Below, one piece after another: positions 9,174-18,452 of a stretch of 37,780 bases of DNA. Both the position numbers and the translations under genes were made by a program. How positions within the stretch are numbered: the first letter of the stretch is position 1; every line of letters starts with the position of its first letter. The notes under the pieces were generated by a model. That model was not told the origin of the DNA, made no database searches, and saw nothing but the letters and a program-made list of their open reading frames with translations. Source of the stretch: a virus (lineage: Duplodnaviria > Caudoviricetes). Location: positions 1 to 37,780 of IMG/VR virus record IMGVR_UViG_3300021080_000003; one strand, 5' to 3'.

Positions 9174-9183
9174 TTATTTTCCC

Positions 9184-10017
9184 CTATAACGCAAGCAGGC
9201 CGGATGCCAACATGGAGGCGAAATCGGTTCCGCCGAGAGTCGCTCCGGTCATCCCCAGAGCGCCTCCGGCCCCCATGCCGCCAAAAGCAGCCGTGGGACT
9301 GTAGCCCCCACCGGTGAACATGTTGCCAAGGCCACCGAACATGCCGCTGTTGTAAAGCGAGCTCGCTCCCAGTCCAAGACCCAGGGCGTTGGCAAATGGA
9401 TTCGTATAATACGGAGTCTGCTGCGTCACCTGTCCTCCAGGGACTCCGGAGATCGCTCCCTGGTAGTTCTGGAGCTGGGTCCACGGGGCCGCCTGCTGCT
9501 GGGCCCCGACCGCTCCCAGAGCTTGGGATTGGGTGTAATCGAGTCCAGGAGCCATCTGGGAGGCGCCTAGCTGATTCTGCCTTTCCTGCTGATAGGCGTT
9601 GGAATAGTACGGTAAAGCTGTGTTCGCAAGGGTTCTGGCGAGTCCTTCCTGGTAACCCGTATTGTTGACGTTGGCTCCTGCTGCCCCCCCGTAAAGACCC
9701 GCAAACTTGGACTGCACCTGTCCCAGGGCATCGTTCACCGCTCCGGAAAGATAGGGATTGGTCGACGGATTGAGGTACTGCCCTGAAATGGTGTTGCCCA
9801 CCGTCCTTTGGGCTTGACCGGTGAGCGAATTCGGATCCATCGCCCTTTGCGCAGCCATTTGCTGCGCCTGCACCGTGAAGGGAGACTGGGCGGGCATGTT
9901 TGAAAGCCCTTGCGCCCGTGAAAAGACATCCTGCAGATAAGGCTGTACCGGTCCCCAAGGACTCGACTGCTGCTGGGTCTGGACCGTCCCGCCACCGCCT
10001 CCGAATATGCCGCTCAT
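9184..10017 (-). CDS. Putative DNA ejection/pilot protein (P22 gp7-like position)
   Basis: MSGIFGGGGGTVQTQQQSSPW start, NPYL motif, Gln/Gly-rich with a hydrophobic Gly-rich C-terminus. Confidence 0.7.
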   Translation of the reverse strand: MSGIFGGGGGTVQTQQQSSPWGPVQPYLQDVFSRAQGLSNMPAQSPFTVQAQQMAAQRAMDPNSLTGQAQRTVGNTISGQYLNPSTNPYLSGAVNDALGQVQSKFAGLYGGAAGANVNNTGYQEGLARTLANTALPYYSNAYQQERQNQLGASQMAPGLDYTQSQALGAVGAQQQAAPWTQLQNYQGAISGVPGGQVTQQTPYYTNPFANALGLGLGASSLYNSGMFGGLGNMFTGGGYSPTAAFGGMGAGGALGMTGATLGGTDFASMLASGLLAL

Positions 10018-10337
10018 AATTCCGTCCTCATTATTTTCTTGATGGTCCTGAAACCGAGAGGCTTGAGCATCTTAGCCAGGCCCGGCCTGCAATGCGCTTC
10101 TATTGCGCTGCACTGGTATTGCCTACCGAAGTCCTTGAGGCAACTTAATGCTTCGTCTTTCCATCGCGCGAGCTTCTCACCGCTCAGAAGCACCACGTGG
10201 AGGATTCTCTCTCGGTGAATCTCGACGATCTGGGTGACGATGAAGCCAAGGGGAAACTTGTGCATCTGCATCTCGCCGCGCTCGAGCTTCGAAGTCATCT
10301 CCTCGAAGGTGATATCGAGGCGATTCTTGAGCTTCAT
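10014..10337 (-). CDS. GNAT-like virion assembly protein (P22 gp14-like position)
   Basis: ATG at 10337 overlaps the upstream stop; LHVVLLSG...C..IEAHCRPGLAKML..LGF pattern. Confidence 0.6.
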   Translation of the reverse strand: MKLKNRLDITFEEMTSKLERGEMQMHKFPLGFIVTQIVEIHRERILHVVLLSGEKLARWKDEALSCLKDFGRQYQCSAIEAHCRPGLAKMLKPLGFRTIKKIMRTEL

Positions 10338-10654
10338 GCGCCGGTAGCGACTCGCACCTCCTGGAACGTTCCCGGGGTCCCCGATGCCGTGCATATCCAG
10401 CCTATCCTTACAAAGGACGCCGCAACCCCAGGAGCGATGCTTCCTCTGACCGTGCAATGTGAATCGGGCACAAAGTCCCCCACCGCATAGGCCGCCGCCG
10501 TTCCGCTTGGAACGGAGACTTGCGCGTTATATCTTGCGTTGAGCCTTCCTTCGGAAAGCTGGTTGACCTGGTTACACAGGACTCTCACGATCTCGGCTAG
10601 CTTTGACCTGTCGTACTCAGGGGGCACCATCAGATCCAAAACGAGCTTACTCAA
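10334..10654 (-). CDS. Small tail/virion structural protein
   Basis: Between nozzle and GNAT-like gene; GWICTASGTPGTF motif seen in fibre/spike C-termini. Confidence 0.55.
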   Translation of the reverse strand: MSKLVLDLMVPPEYDRSKLAEIVRVLCNQVNQLSEGRLNARYNAQVSVPSGTAAAYAVGDFVPDSHCTVRGSIAPGVAASFVRIGWICTASGTPGTFQEVRVATGA

Positions 10655-12101
10655 GGCCAGATTCCATCCACTCCGGATCGAAGCCCGGCATTTCCCAGTC
10701 TCCCGAGAAATTCATCTGCAGCCTGTGCCAGCGCGCGTCTCTCAAAACGTCGAAAGTATTCGTGCTAGAAAGCGCCGTGATGGCGTCTGTTACCAGAGCA
10801 TCCCCGGTATTATTCCTGTAGTAGTTGGTGAGCGTCGCTGAAACCGGGGCAGCGAAAAACCTCGGTCTTATCCTCGTGAGGGTGCTGAACTTCGCATCGT
10901 CGCCATAGTCTCCGGTGGTGAGACTTGTATTGCCCGCCGGTCCGGTCAGGGTCTTAAGAACGTGGCTTGTAGTAAAAAGCGCCGGAAAGCTCTGGGTGCT
11001 CCCCGTGAAGGCGAGATCGTAGGACATATTCGGGAAGTCATTGTAGGTCGCATACAGGGCTCCTAGGCCATCATAGCTCACCGCCCCTGTAACGTAGTCC
11101 GTCGTCGCTTCGATCTGCAAAGGAACATCGGCCCCCCATCTGTCCGTTCTGTAGTTGTAGACGACCGAGGCATTGGGTAAAGCCGAATCAATCGAGGGGT
11201 AGTAGAAGTAGACAAGGCTATTTTTCTTGTCGTGCGAAGCCTTGCAGGCATAGAAGCGGTTCTGAAAAAGTTCCCCGAAGACTTTAAACTTCACCCTGTT
11301 GGTTCCTATCCGCACGGGTTTTGATCCGTCGTACACATAAAAATCGTCTTCTCCCATGAAAATATGCTTGGGGTTTTCTGCAGTCCCGACGTTGACCACG
11401 ACCTCCTGGGACATCGCGCCGGCGTCTCCTGGGATCAGCAGGAACTCCCAGATGCCGGGAGGTCCGGTGTTCACCCCCAGATACATGGAGTTTTTCTTGT
11501 AGACGATGATGGTGTTGCCGAATCTCCTTCCGGCGGTGTTGGGTCCTGCGGTGGTGATGAGCGAATCGTTACCAGCTTGGGTGGCGATGGAAGCGCTCCA
11601 GCTCGTATAATCGTTCAGCGCACACCACTGTACTATGTTGGCCCCTGCCGAGGTATTGATCGCGAAGACGAATTTTCCGACGGTCTCGACGATCGTCGCA
11701 ATCGGAGCCCCCGCGATGCACGAAAACGCTCCCGTGGAAACCGACGCCTGCATCGTATCGGCTCCGTTGGAAGCAAAAGACACATTTCCTTGCTGGGCAA
11801 ATCTCCAGACTCCCGTAGGGGAGGTCGTATAGGTCGCAGCCCGGCTCACATCGGACCAGGTTGAAGCCCCGGTCTCGTAGAGTTTCGGGGCGGTCGCAGC
11901 AAAAAGCCGCGTCGTTCCGTCTAACTTGGTGAGCAAAGCCGAGCCCATGCAGGTCGCCGCCAAAGTAGCGAAACCCGTATTCACCGGAGCCGGAGCCCCT
12001 TTTATTCCCCTAAGAGAGGGTAGGACCCCCGAGCAGGCTGTGAGCACTCCAGGCAAGGTCGGATCGGAGTCGGGGGCGAGCCCCAGAAGCTGGGCGATCA
12101 T
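10647..12101 (-). CDS. Tail nozzle / packaged-DNA stabilisation protein (P22 gp10-like)
   Basis: 484 aa beta-rich, propeller-like sequence directly after the adaptor. Confidence 0.7.
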   Translation of the reverse strand: MIAQLLGLAPDSDPTLPGVLTACSGVLPSLRGIKGAPAPVNTGFATLAATCMGSALLTKLDGTTRLFAATAPKLYETGASTWSDVSRAATYTTSPTGVWRFAQQGNVSFASNGADTMQASVSTGAFSCIAGAPIATIVETVGKFVFAINTSAGANIVQWCALNDYTSWSASIATQAGNDSLITTAGPNTAGRRFGNTIIVYKKNSMYLGVNTGPPGIWEFLLIPGDAGAMSQEVVVNVGTAENPKHIFMGEDDFYVYDGSKPVRIGTNRVKFKVFGELFQNRFYACKASHDKKNSLVYFYYPSIDSALPNASVVYNYRTDRWGADVPLQIEATTDYVTGAVSYDGLGALYATYNDFPNMSYDLAFTGSTQSFPALFTTSHVLKTLTGPAGNTSLTTGDYGDDAKFSTLTRIRPRFFAAPVSATLTNYYRNNTGDALVTDAITALSSTNTFDVLRDARWHRLQMNFSGDWEMPGFDPEWMESGLE

Positions 12102-12706
12102 CCAGGAACCACCTGAAGGACATCTCCGGAGATGTACTCGTCATCGCTTTCTTTCTGGATGAGATCGAAGAGATACTTGTATTTCGCCTCCCACATGGGG
12201 ATTCTTTGGTCGTTTTTCAAAAAAGGCGCCGACTCGCACAAGGCGGCGTAGAGCCACAATCCGGGATAGGAGCTGAAGATGCTGTTTAACTCAGCAGAAA
12301 GCGACTTGAAACGATTGTAGTAGACAAGGATCACCGTATAGTTCGAATCGGGAAACGGCCCGAAAATGAAGCTCGATCCCTCCCTCGCTATGAACCTGGG
12401 TTGTTGGTCGGCGCTCCTCTGGGGATAGTTGTCATAAATCCAGTTGGAGGTCTTTCTCGTCAATGACCCGTAGGGGGACGTCGAGGAGATATAAGCGTCC
12501 AGAAGCTCTATGTAGTTTGACGGCACCGCGAGCACTCCGGCCGCGATGGTGGAGGCCTGAGTCGTCTCCATCTGGCGCACGCGAAGGTCGCAGTTGATCC
12601 TCGAGTCCGCGAGCGTGATGAAATCCAAGATGGAGGAGCTTAAATCCGCCCGGTGGAGCGTGTTTGCGATACTAGTTTGAAGCGCTGCGTAGGTGTCCAG
12701 AGCCAT
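12098..12706 (-). CDS. Head-to-tail adaptor
   Basis: MALDTYAALQTSIANTLHRADL...FITLADSRINCDLRVRQME and YAALCESAPFLKND.RI..W patterns of podophage adaptors. Confidence 0.75.
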   Translation of the reverse strand: MALDTYAALQTSIANTLHRADLSSSILDFITLADSRINCDLRVRQMETTQASTIAAGVLAVPSNYIELLDAYISSTSPYGSLTRKTSNWIYDNYPQRSADQQPRFIAREGSSFIFGPFPDSNYTVILVYYNRFKSLSAELNSIFSSYPGLWLYAALCESAPFLKNDQRIPMWEAKYKYLFDLIQKESDDEYISGDVLQVVPG

Positions 12707-13673
12707 GTATTAACTCGCTTATCTTGTTTATTTCTTTCTCTCCGACATGAGGGCCGGTCGGTAAAGCCAGGTGATGGGCCCAGATCTCCTCCGAGACCTT
12801 GTAGTGGCCCTTCTTGTACACCTTGAAAGCCGGGCAAAGATGTAGCGGAGTGAAGACAGGCCTTGTCTCTATCCCGTGCTCGCTCAAAAAGCCTGAAAGC
12901 GCAATCGGGTTTTCCGTCTCCGCCAGGAAAAGCCAGTTCCCCTTTCCTTTCAGATTCTTTGCGTAAAGCTTGACGTTTTGCTTTCTTCTTGCAAGTAGCT
13001 CATCGATTCTTTCAATCTGGGCAAGCCCCAGAGCCGCCTGCATGTTGGACATCCTGTAGTTAAGTCCCGGGATATCGTGCCGGTAGTTCTCGTCGAACCC
13101 TCCGTCGCGCCAGGCTCTTGCTTGAGCGAAATCCCCGCAGAGCATTCCTCCTTCTCCGGTAGTGATCGGTTTATTGCCGTAGAAACTATAGGCCTGCATC
13201 CGGCCTCTGGGAGGATAAAGCCCAAGAGCCTCGCAGGAATCTTCGATCACCGGGAGTCCAAACTGCCTAAAATCGCCCGCATCGCATCCATAGAGGTGGA
13301 CCGCAATAATTGCTCGCGCTTTCTTGTTAAGCACTGCCAGGATCCGGTTCTTATCCAGTCCGAAAGTTCGCTCATCAACGTCGACAAGTACAGGCCTCGC
13401 TCCCACGGCGAGTACGACCGATGCCACGGCTCCAAAACTGAGGTTTGGAACGATGACTTCATCCCCGACCCCGATCCCGAGGCTGAGTAATGCCAGATGC
13501 AGCGCACCTGTTCCACAAGAGGTCGCAAGCGCGGAAACGCCGAATCTTTTACTAAAGGCCTCTTCAAAGGCGCTTTCAAATCTGCCGGCGTGGGTGACAT
13601 ATCCGGTAGTGATGCACTCGGTCAGATATTTAAGCTCGTTACCGCCAAGATCTGGTTTTGCGAGAGGAATCAA
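12672..13673 (-). CDS. DegT/DnrJ/EryC1/StrS PLP-dependent sugar aminotransferase (perosamine-synthase-like)
   Basis: SCGTGALHLAL, GDEVIVP, VHLYG, IEDSCEALG, SFYGNKPITTGEGGM (PLP lysine), GLNYRMSNMQAALG. Confidence 0.92.
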   Translation of the reverse strand: MIPLAKPDLGGNELKYLTECITTGYVTHAGRFESAFEEAFSKRFGVSALATSCGTGALHLALLSLGIGVGDEVIVPNLSFGAVASVVLAVGARPVLVDVDERTFGLDKNRILAVLNKKARAIIAVHLYGCDAGDFRQFGLPVIEDSCEALGLYPPRGRMQAYSFYGNKPITTGEGGMLCGDFAQARAWRDGGFDENYRHDIPGLNYRMSNMQAALGLAQIERIDELLARRKQNVKLYAKNLKGKGNWLFLAETENPIALSGFLSEHGIETRPVFTPLHLCPAFKVYKKGHYKVSEEIWAHHLALPTGPHVGEKEINKISELIHGSGHLRSASN

Positions 13674-14119
13674 GTCATCAGCTTAGAGGCTATTCTTGAG
13701 GGCATTGCATCGGCCCATCGATAGGCAGAGCTTTGTTCATCGAGCCGTACCGTCTCGGTCTCTGAACGGCACCGGTAGACAAGGCTTATGGTCTGGCATC
13801 TCATTTTCCCGAATGCGTTTTCTCTATAGATATCGCTGTAATAACCGATGAATCTGCAACCAAACCGCGAAGGTTTGACAAGTTCTAGACCGACCTCCTC
13901 TTTCGCCTTTCTGTAGGCCGCATCTGTGGGGGTTTCTCCAAGCAGAATCCTTCCGCCCACCACCCACCAATGACCCTTAAGCGGATGATTGCGCCTTTTA
14001 ACAAGAAGCAGCTTCTTATCCCTATTCAATATTAAAAGGTCTACGCAGACAATCGGGACGCTGCCCGAGATCTTCTGATACAGACCACGCTCGATCAGCT
14101 TCTGAATAAATGCCGCCAA
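13670..14119 (-). CDS. NUDIX hydrolase, GDP-mannose mannosyl hydrolase (Gmm/WcaH)-like
   Basis: PIVCVDLLI.N...LLVKRRNHPLKGHWWVVGGRILLGET...A.RKAKEEVGL. Start uncertain (TTG 14119 or CTG 14098). Confidence 0.8.
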   Translation of the reverse strand: MAAFIQKLIERGLYQKISGSVPIVCVDLLILNRDKKLLLVKRRNHPLKGHWWVVGGRILLGETPTDAAYRKAKEEVGLELVKPSRFGCRFIGYYSDIYRENAFGKMRCQTISLVYRCRSETETVRLDEQSSAYRWADAMPSRIASKLMT

Positions 14120-14913
14120 GCGAGCCCTTTGCGCATCTCGTAGGGAGTCCACTGGCAATAGGCAAGGTCTCTCGCCCATTGCTGCCTGTTGGGGTACTCG
14201 GGCTCCTCGAGCTTCGAGAGATTCTTATTGCAAAGGGACCAGACCATGCTTCCAGGATCAAAAGCGAAGACGGGCTTACCCTCGATTAGCGCCTCCACCG
14301 CGGAGTTGCTGTTGAAAGTCACCACCGCATGAGCCGAGCTCAGGTCCTTCGCTAAAGGTCCCAGTGAATACTCCAGTCCCTTGATCGGGGGAAGGCTTGC
14401 AAGCGGATGAGGCCTGAAAACAATGGCCCTTGAGCTCACCTGCTTCAGAATGGAAGCGGTTTCCTCCACCCACTGGAGGTGATCGTGATGATCTACCGAC
14501 CCGTCCCACGGGACCTGCGCGCAGAAAATGATCTTCTCGCCGCGGCTGTAAGGCCTTAGTGGAATGCCCAGAATATCCCATCTATCTGGCCCCATGCTCT
14601 TGTTTCTGAAATCTGCCCTTCCATTGAGCCCGTTCAATCCGGCGGCATAGTGATGATTTTCTCCGTCACCCCGATTGACGTAGCCTGTGTCTAACACAAC
14701 TACATCAAGATTGCTTTGCCTTTGCTGCCGGAAGACTTTTCCTCGAGGCCAGGACTTCTTGATCTTCGATTTGTAGACCCCGAAGACCACCGCGACCTCC
14801 GAAGGCTCGTAACGGAAGTCTTTCACGATCACCTTCTCGACGGGACAGCCTTCATAGAAGGCCATGAGAACCCGGTCGTGAACCAGATCGCCCGATAGAT
14901 AGACCTTGACCAT
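14095..14913 (-). CDS. Capsule-biosynthesis-type glycosyltransferase (KpsS/KpsC-like GT-B)
   Basis: ATG at 14913 (TAATG overlap); AQVPWD.S, FRPHP and HAVVTFNSNSAVEALIEGKPVF motifs. Confidence 0.7.
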   Translation of the reverse strand: MVKVYLSGDLVHDRVLMAFYEGCPVEKVIVKDFRYEPSEVAVVFGVYKSKIKKSWPRGKVFRQQRQSNLDVVVLDTGYVNRGDGENHHYAAGLNGLNGRADFRNKSMGPDRWDILGIPLRPYSRGEKIIFCAQVPWDGSVDHHDHLQWVEETASILKQVSSRAIVFRPHPLASLPPIKGLEYSLGPLAKDLSSAHAVVTFNSNSAVEALIEGKPVFAFDPGSMVWSLCNKNLSKLEEPEYPNRQQWARDLAYCQWTPYEMRKGLAWRHLFRS

Positions 14914-15482
14914 TACAGAGGTGCGCAAACCGCGATCATGAACATCCCGTCCATTCCAGGAACGATCTCGCCTTTCTTGTCTTTCTGACAGAACCACTCG
15001 GTGACCAGATACCCGCAGCCTTGCAGAAGGAGGTAGAGCTCGCGAGGCGTGTAGTGCCTCAAATGGGGATATTCATCCATCGCGAAACGTTCCGCCAAGA
15101 AGGGATATTTCTCCTGGTTGGGAACCGAGACGATCAGCAATTCCGTCTTGAGCTTAGAAAGCAGCTTCTCAGGCTCCTTAAGATGCTCCAAGGTCTCGAA
15201 GCTAACCACCGCATCAAACTGTAGATCGCCGAGATCCTCCGCCTTGGCTTGCGTGTAAGAAGGGCCGGGATATTTTTCGGTTGCATACTCGATTGCTTCT
15301 GGAGAAATATCGATTCCGGTAACCCTGTGCTTGGCATCGTGAAGGATCCTCGAGCCGTAACCGCAGCCGCAGGCGATGTCCAAAACGGCGGAGCCGTGCT
15401 GAATCCTCGAGGCCGCAAACCGGTAGCGGCGCACATGATCTGACCTTATCTGGTCGATTGTTCCGTACTGGCGTGTTGCGAT
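14913..15482 (-). CDS. Class I SAM-dependent methyltransferase
   Basis: H..RY.FA, VLDIACGCGYG, GIDIS, FDAVVSFETLEHL, SVPN. Frame is open upstream of GTG 15434 to a GGAG-preceded ATC at 15482. Confidence 0.85.
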   Translation of the reverse strand: MATRQYGTIDQIRSDHVRRYRFAASRIQHGSAVLDIACGCGYGSRILHDAKHRVTGIDISPEAIEYATEKYPGPSYTQAKAEDLGDLQFDAVVSFETLEHLKEPEKLLSKLKTELLIVSVPNQEKYPFLAERFAMDEYPHLRHYTPRELYLLLQGCGYLVTEWFCQKDKKGEIVPGMDGMFMIAVCAPL

Positions 15483-16309
15483 TGATTTCTCCAGTAGGGT
15501 TCTTCGCGCTCGATCACCAGGTCCGAATCCGAACTCCTAGAATCCTTTCTCGGGCCTTTTTTGTGATCGAGATATTTGCCGAGAATGCTGTTGATGAAAA
15601 CGTGCATCGTTCCCTGGGGCAGATCTTTCGCGAGGTTCACAAAATCGTCGCTATTCTTGAACACCACATGCCTTAGGGCATCCAACCCCCCGCAATCGTT
15701 CCAGCACAGCCTTCCGTGAAAGGCATTAGTGAGAAAGGCTCCGGTAACGAAAAAATGCACGTAGTTTTTCGCAAGTGCGCTCGCAAGAGGGTGCTGCGCA
15801 TTGAATCCGAGGAACCCAGATTCGGTGAACCACCATCCGTCCCTACCAAGATAGCAGCACAATTTCTCATCCGGAAGGCATTCGTCGAGAAAGCTCTCCG
15901 GAACCGGGCTATGCGTGATGCTGTCTGAGTCGAGCCAGAAGACTTTCCCGCCGTACTTGCGAAGAGCATGGATCTCCATGAAGACCTTGCGGGCGTGTCT
16001 TGCGTCAAACCAGACATCATAGGAATCGGCGACGATTCCGTGCAGGATCGGAAACCTGAGTGAGTCCATGAAGTCTTGGAGAAATTCCACTTCTTCAATT
16101 GGCCTCCAGGAGATCCCGTGGACCATGTCGAAGGCCTTGTCGTCTCCTTCGTAAAATATCGTGAGGCCGATGGAGGCCGGCCAGAACTCCCGCCAAGTGT
16201 CGACGAAGGCCTTGCCGTAGCTGCGGTAACCTTCCTCATTGAAAGAAGTAATGACTCTAGGCTGCTTTTTCGGTTTCGCGTTCTGTATGCTCGTGTCGGT
16301 GATGAGCAC
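15446..16309 (-). CDS. Putative GT-A fold glycosyltransferase
   Basis: VITSFN..GY..YG..F..TW N-terminus, DxD motif (FWLDSD), ESGFLGFN, WND and YLDHKKG. Confidence 0.65.
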   Translation of the reverse strand: MLITDTSIQNAKPKKQPRVITSFNEEGYRSYGKAFVDTWREFWPASIGLTIFYEGDDKAFDMVHGISWRPIEEVEFLQDFMDSLRFPILHGIVADSYDVWFDARHARKVFMEIHALRKYGGKVFWLDSDSITHSPVPESFLDECLPDEKLCCYLGRDGWWFTESGFLGFNAQHPLASALAKNYVHFFVTGAFLTNAFHGRLCWNDCGGLDALRHVVFKNSDDFVNLAKDLPQGTMHVFINSILGKYLDHKKGPRKDSRSSDSDLVIEREEPYWRNQSQHASTEQSTR

Positions 16310-17663
16310 CGAATTGCTCCCTTAGTTTTCCTAAAAGAAGATGCACCGGCCATTCCTTGCGTTTCTGCCTGAAGAGTTTCACGCTCGCAGCCCAGGGGAA
16401 GTCCTCGCCTTCGGCGAGATACCTCCACATGGGGACTTCAGGAACCAGGCACCAGCACTCCTTGCCCAGTCCTCCTGCGGCGTGAACTACGGTCGTGCAA
16501 ACTGAAATGACTAAATCCAGTTGCGAGATCAAAGCGATGGTCTGGTCGTAATCGTGGACCCTCACACCCCAGTCCCAGTCGTAGATCTTGATCCCGTACT
16601 TTTTCTCGGCCTCCGGGATCCCGTCCAGGTCCTTGTACTGCAGGCTTATCCAATGGGCATCGAATCCCTTGAAAAGCTGCCCGAAGGTGTCCAGGGTCAC
16701 TGTGCGTCTTGCCTGCCCCGTCTTGGGGATTCCGCCGGCCCAGGCGAGGCCTATCCTTGGCTTGTCCCCTAAAGATTCCAGGAGCGCTTTCCACTGGAGA
16801 ACCATCTCAGGCTGGGCAACGAGATAGCTCTTGCCGTGAAAGTCCTCGTTTTTAAGCCTATAGAACGAAGGTAGTTCTCCCAGGGCCACTCTTGCATCGA
16901 AGTCGGTCCCCGCATCCACCCAGCGCCTTGCCTCCTTGTAGCGAGTGCCATAGACCTTCGTGGAGGGGAAAGACCTCTGAAAGAGCCTCTCAAGTCTCAT
17001 ATCGGTCTCGAGGGTCACCGATTTTGAGTCCCTGATAAGATCCGAAAGGCAGGAGGCGAAACTTAGTTCGTCGCCTATTCCCTGCTCCCCGTAGCAAACG
17101 ATATTCAGGCCTTTCGTGCCATCCCAGCGGGGCTCTTTGCCGTAGGTCATCTCCTTGCGGTTTTTTTCCCGTCCGACGTTGGCGCTATAGTCCCTCCAGC
17201 CTTCGCGCCACCTTCGGGTGGCGAGATAGCCCATCGCCCGGTTGGTTCTGGCGTCTGAGGCGTCATGGCTTTCAGCCAGGGCCCTATTGGCGTAAGCAAT
17301 GCAATTGTCAAATTCTCCACGGTTCAAGCACGACATCGACAAGCCCTCAAGAGCGTTGTAAAAGTCGGGCTTTACCTTGAGGGCCTTCCTGAAATGCTCA
17401 TCGGCTTTCTCATCCATCTGCCTTTCGTGGTAGCACTTGCCGATGTTGTGCCAGATTGCCGCCTCCCCCGGAAAGACCTCCGCCGCCCGCCGGGTGATGT
17501 TGTAGGCGAGGCCGATGCTGTCTTCCTTCAGCAGAACAAAACCCAGGAGAAAAAGCGCCTGCGGGTCATCGAAGCTCTCATCGAGGCGCTTGCAAAGGAA
17601 CTTCGCCGCGTCGACGAAGTTTTCAGCCTTGATTGCTTTTTTTGCTTCTTCGATGAGGCTTAT
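16257..17663 (-). CDS. TPR-repeat + GT9-like glycosyltransferase
   Basis: TPR helices continue in frame upstream of 17417 to 17666. C-terminal EQGIGD, RIGLAWAG, ISLQY, LDLVISVCTTVVHAAGGLG, WRY and PW..SVKLFRQ motifs. Confidence 0.85.
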   Translation of the reverse strand: MSLIEEAKKAIKAENFVDAAKFLCKRLDESFDDPQALFLLGFVLLKEDSIGLAYNITRRAAEVFPGEAAIWHNIGKCYHERQMDEKADEHFRKALKVKPDFYNALEGLSMSCLNRGEFDNCIAYANRALAESHDASDARTNRAMGYLATRRWREGWRDYSANVGREKNRKEMTYGKEPRWDGTKGLNIVCYGEQGIGDELSFASCLSDLIRDSKSVTLETDMRLERLFQRSFPSTKVYGTRYKEARRWVDAGTDFDARVALGELPSFYRLKNEDFHGKSYLVAQPEMVLQWKALLESLGDKPRIGLAWAGGIPKTGQARRTVTLDTFGQLFKGFDAHWISLQYKDLDGIPEAEKKYGIKIYDWDWGVRVHDYDQTIALISQLDLVISVCTTVVHAAGGLGKECWCLVPEVPMWRYLAEGEDFPWAASVKLFRQKRKEWPVHLLLGKLREQFGAHHRHEHTERETEKAA

Positions 17664-17666
17664 AGG

Positions 17667-18071
17667 TCACCCATTGGTGTCCTCGATCCAGCCCGAGGCG
17701 TTCACCGATGCAGTGAGCGAGGCTAAGGCCGTATCGGTGCCGACAAATAGTTGCTTTCCAGGCTTGCTAGAATAGTTCAATCCTAGAGCCTGTATGTTCT
17801 GGACTGTCGATGCCGCGAGAAGATGGTCTACATGCGCGATCAACGTTCCGCCCACAGAAGCATGGCGAATTTCAAGACCGACAGTCGCCGCCGCAGCTCC
17901 GGCACCGACAAAGTTTCTAAGCGAATACCACAACGACTCAAGATGTGTTTTGGAGGTGTTATCGCTCATAGCCGGGCTCGATATCGACACAAGAGCCCCG
18001 GCAGTCGTTTGCGTTTTCTGCCAACGCTGGCCCAGCATACAGGCGACAAGTAGATCTGCTCTTTTGGTCAT
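17667..18071 (-). CDS. Putative virion structural/decoration protein
   Basis: Beta-rich, small-residue-rich 134 aa protein two genes after the capsid; ATG at 18071. Confidence 0.5.
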   Translation of the reverse strand: MTKRADLLVACMLGQRWQKTQTTAGALVSISSPAMSDNTSKTHLESLWYSLRNFVGAGAAAATVGLEIRHASVGGTLIAHVDHLLAASTVQNIQALGLNYSSKPGKQLFVGTDTALASLTASVNASGWIEDTNG

Positions 18072-18072
18072 A

Positions 18073-18408
18073 TCAACCCCTATGCATTTTCGTGGTGGTT
18101 TTAAGGTAACGGTACTCGGGCCGATTGACCAACTCAAAGACCTTTTTCATGTGGTCTTTGTTGTAGACATCGACCCCGTGTTCATTCAACCACTTTTCGA
18201 TCACGATGTTGGGGATCTGGAAGTAATGCCACCAGTTACCCTTTATTCCGTCTTTCGTGATCTGCCCATCGTTCGCAATCGCCTTGTTGGCATCCAGAAT
18301 CGCCGAGACATCTTGCTCCCGGTAAAGAATGGTCGTATCGGTCTCCGGGATGTAGTCGAAAGTCGTCGTGATCCCGGTCATCGGCTCGTAGTCGAGAATT
18401 CTTTTCAA
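18073..18408 (-). CDS. Conserved phage protein following the major capsid
   Basis: QDVSAILDANK...IP..VIEKW....G.D...N.PEYRYLKT pattern typical of podophage head regions. Confidence 0.7.
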   Translation of the reverse strand: MKRILDYEPMTGITTTFDYIPETDTTILYREQDVSAILDANKAIANDGQITKDGIKGNWWHYFQIPNIVIEKWLNEHGVDVYNKDHMKKVFELVNRPEYRYLKTTTKMHRG

Positions 18409-18440
18409 AAGTAAAACCCGGTGAGGTTTCCCCCACCGGG
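18406..18440 (-). terminator. Rho-independent terminator after the capsid gene
   Basis: Minus strand CCCGGTGGGG-GAAA-CCTCACCGGG followed by TTTTACTTTT. Confidence 0.75.
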
Positions 18441-18452
18441 CCCGTTCTACGG

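Noticed and set aside
9008-9958. 316-aa alternative-frame ORF over the ejection gene, and similar long overlapping ORFs (e.g. 24919-25632, 29653-30414)
   Set aside because: Shadow ORFs expected in GC-rich coding DNA; the overlapping frames have clear phage motifs and these do not.
12672-17666. Glycan cluster as captured host O-antigen DNA or a gtrABC serotype-conversion locus
   Set aside because: Genes are tightly coupled to flanking virion genes on the same strand, and no membrane flippase, polymerase or bactoprenol transferase is present.
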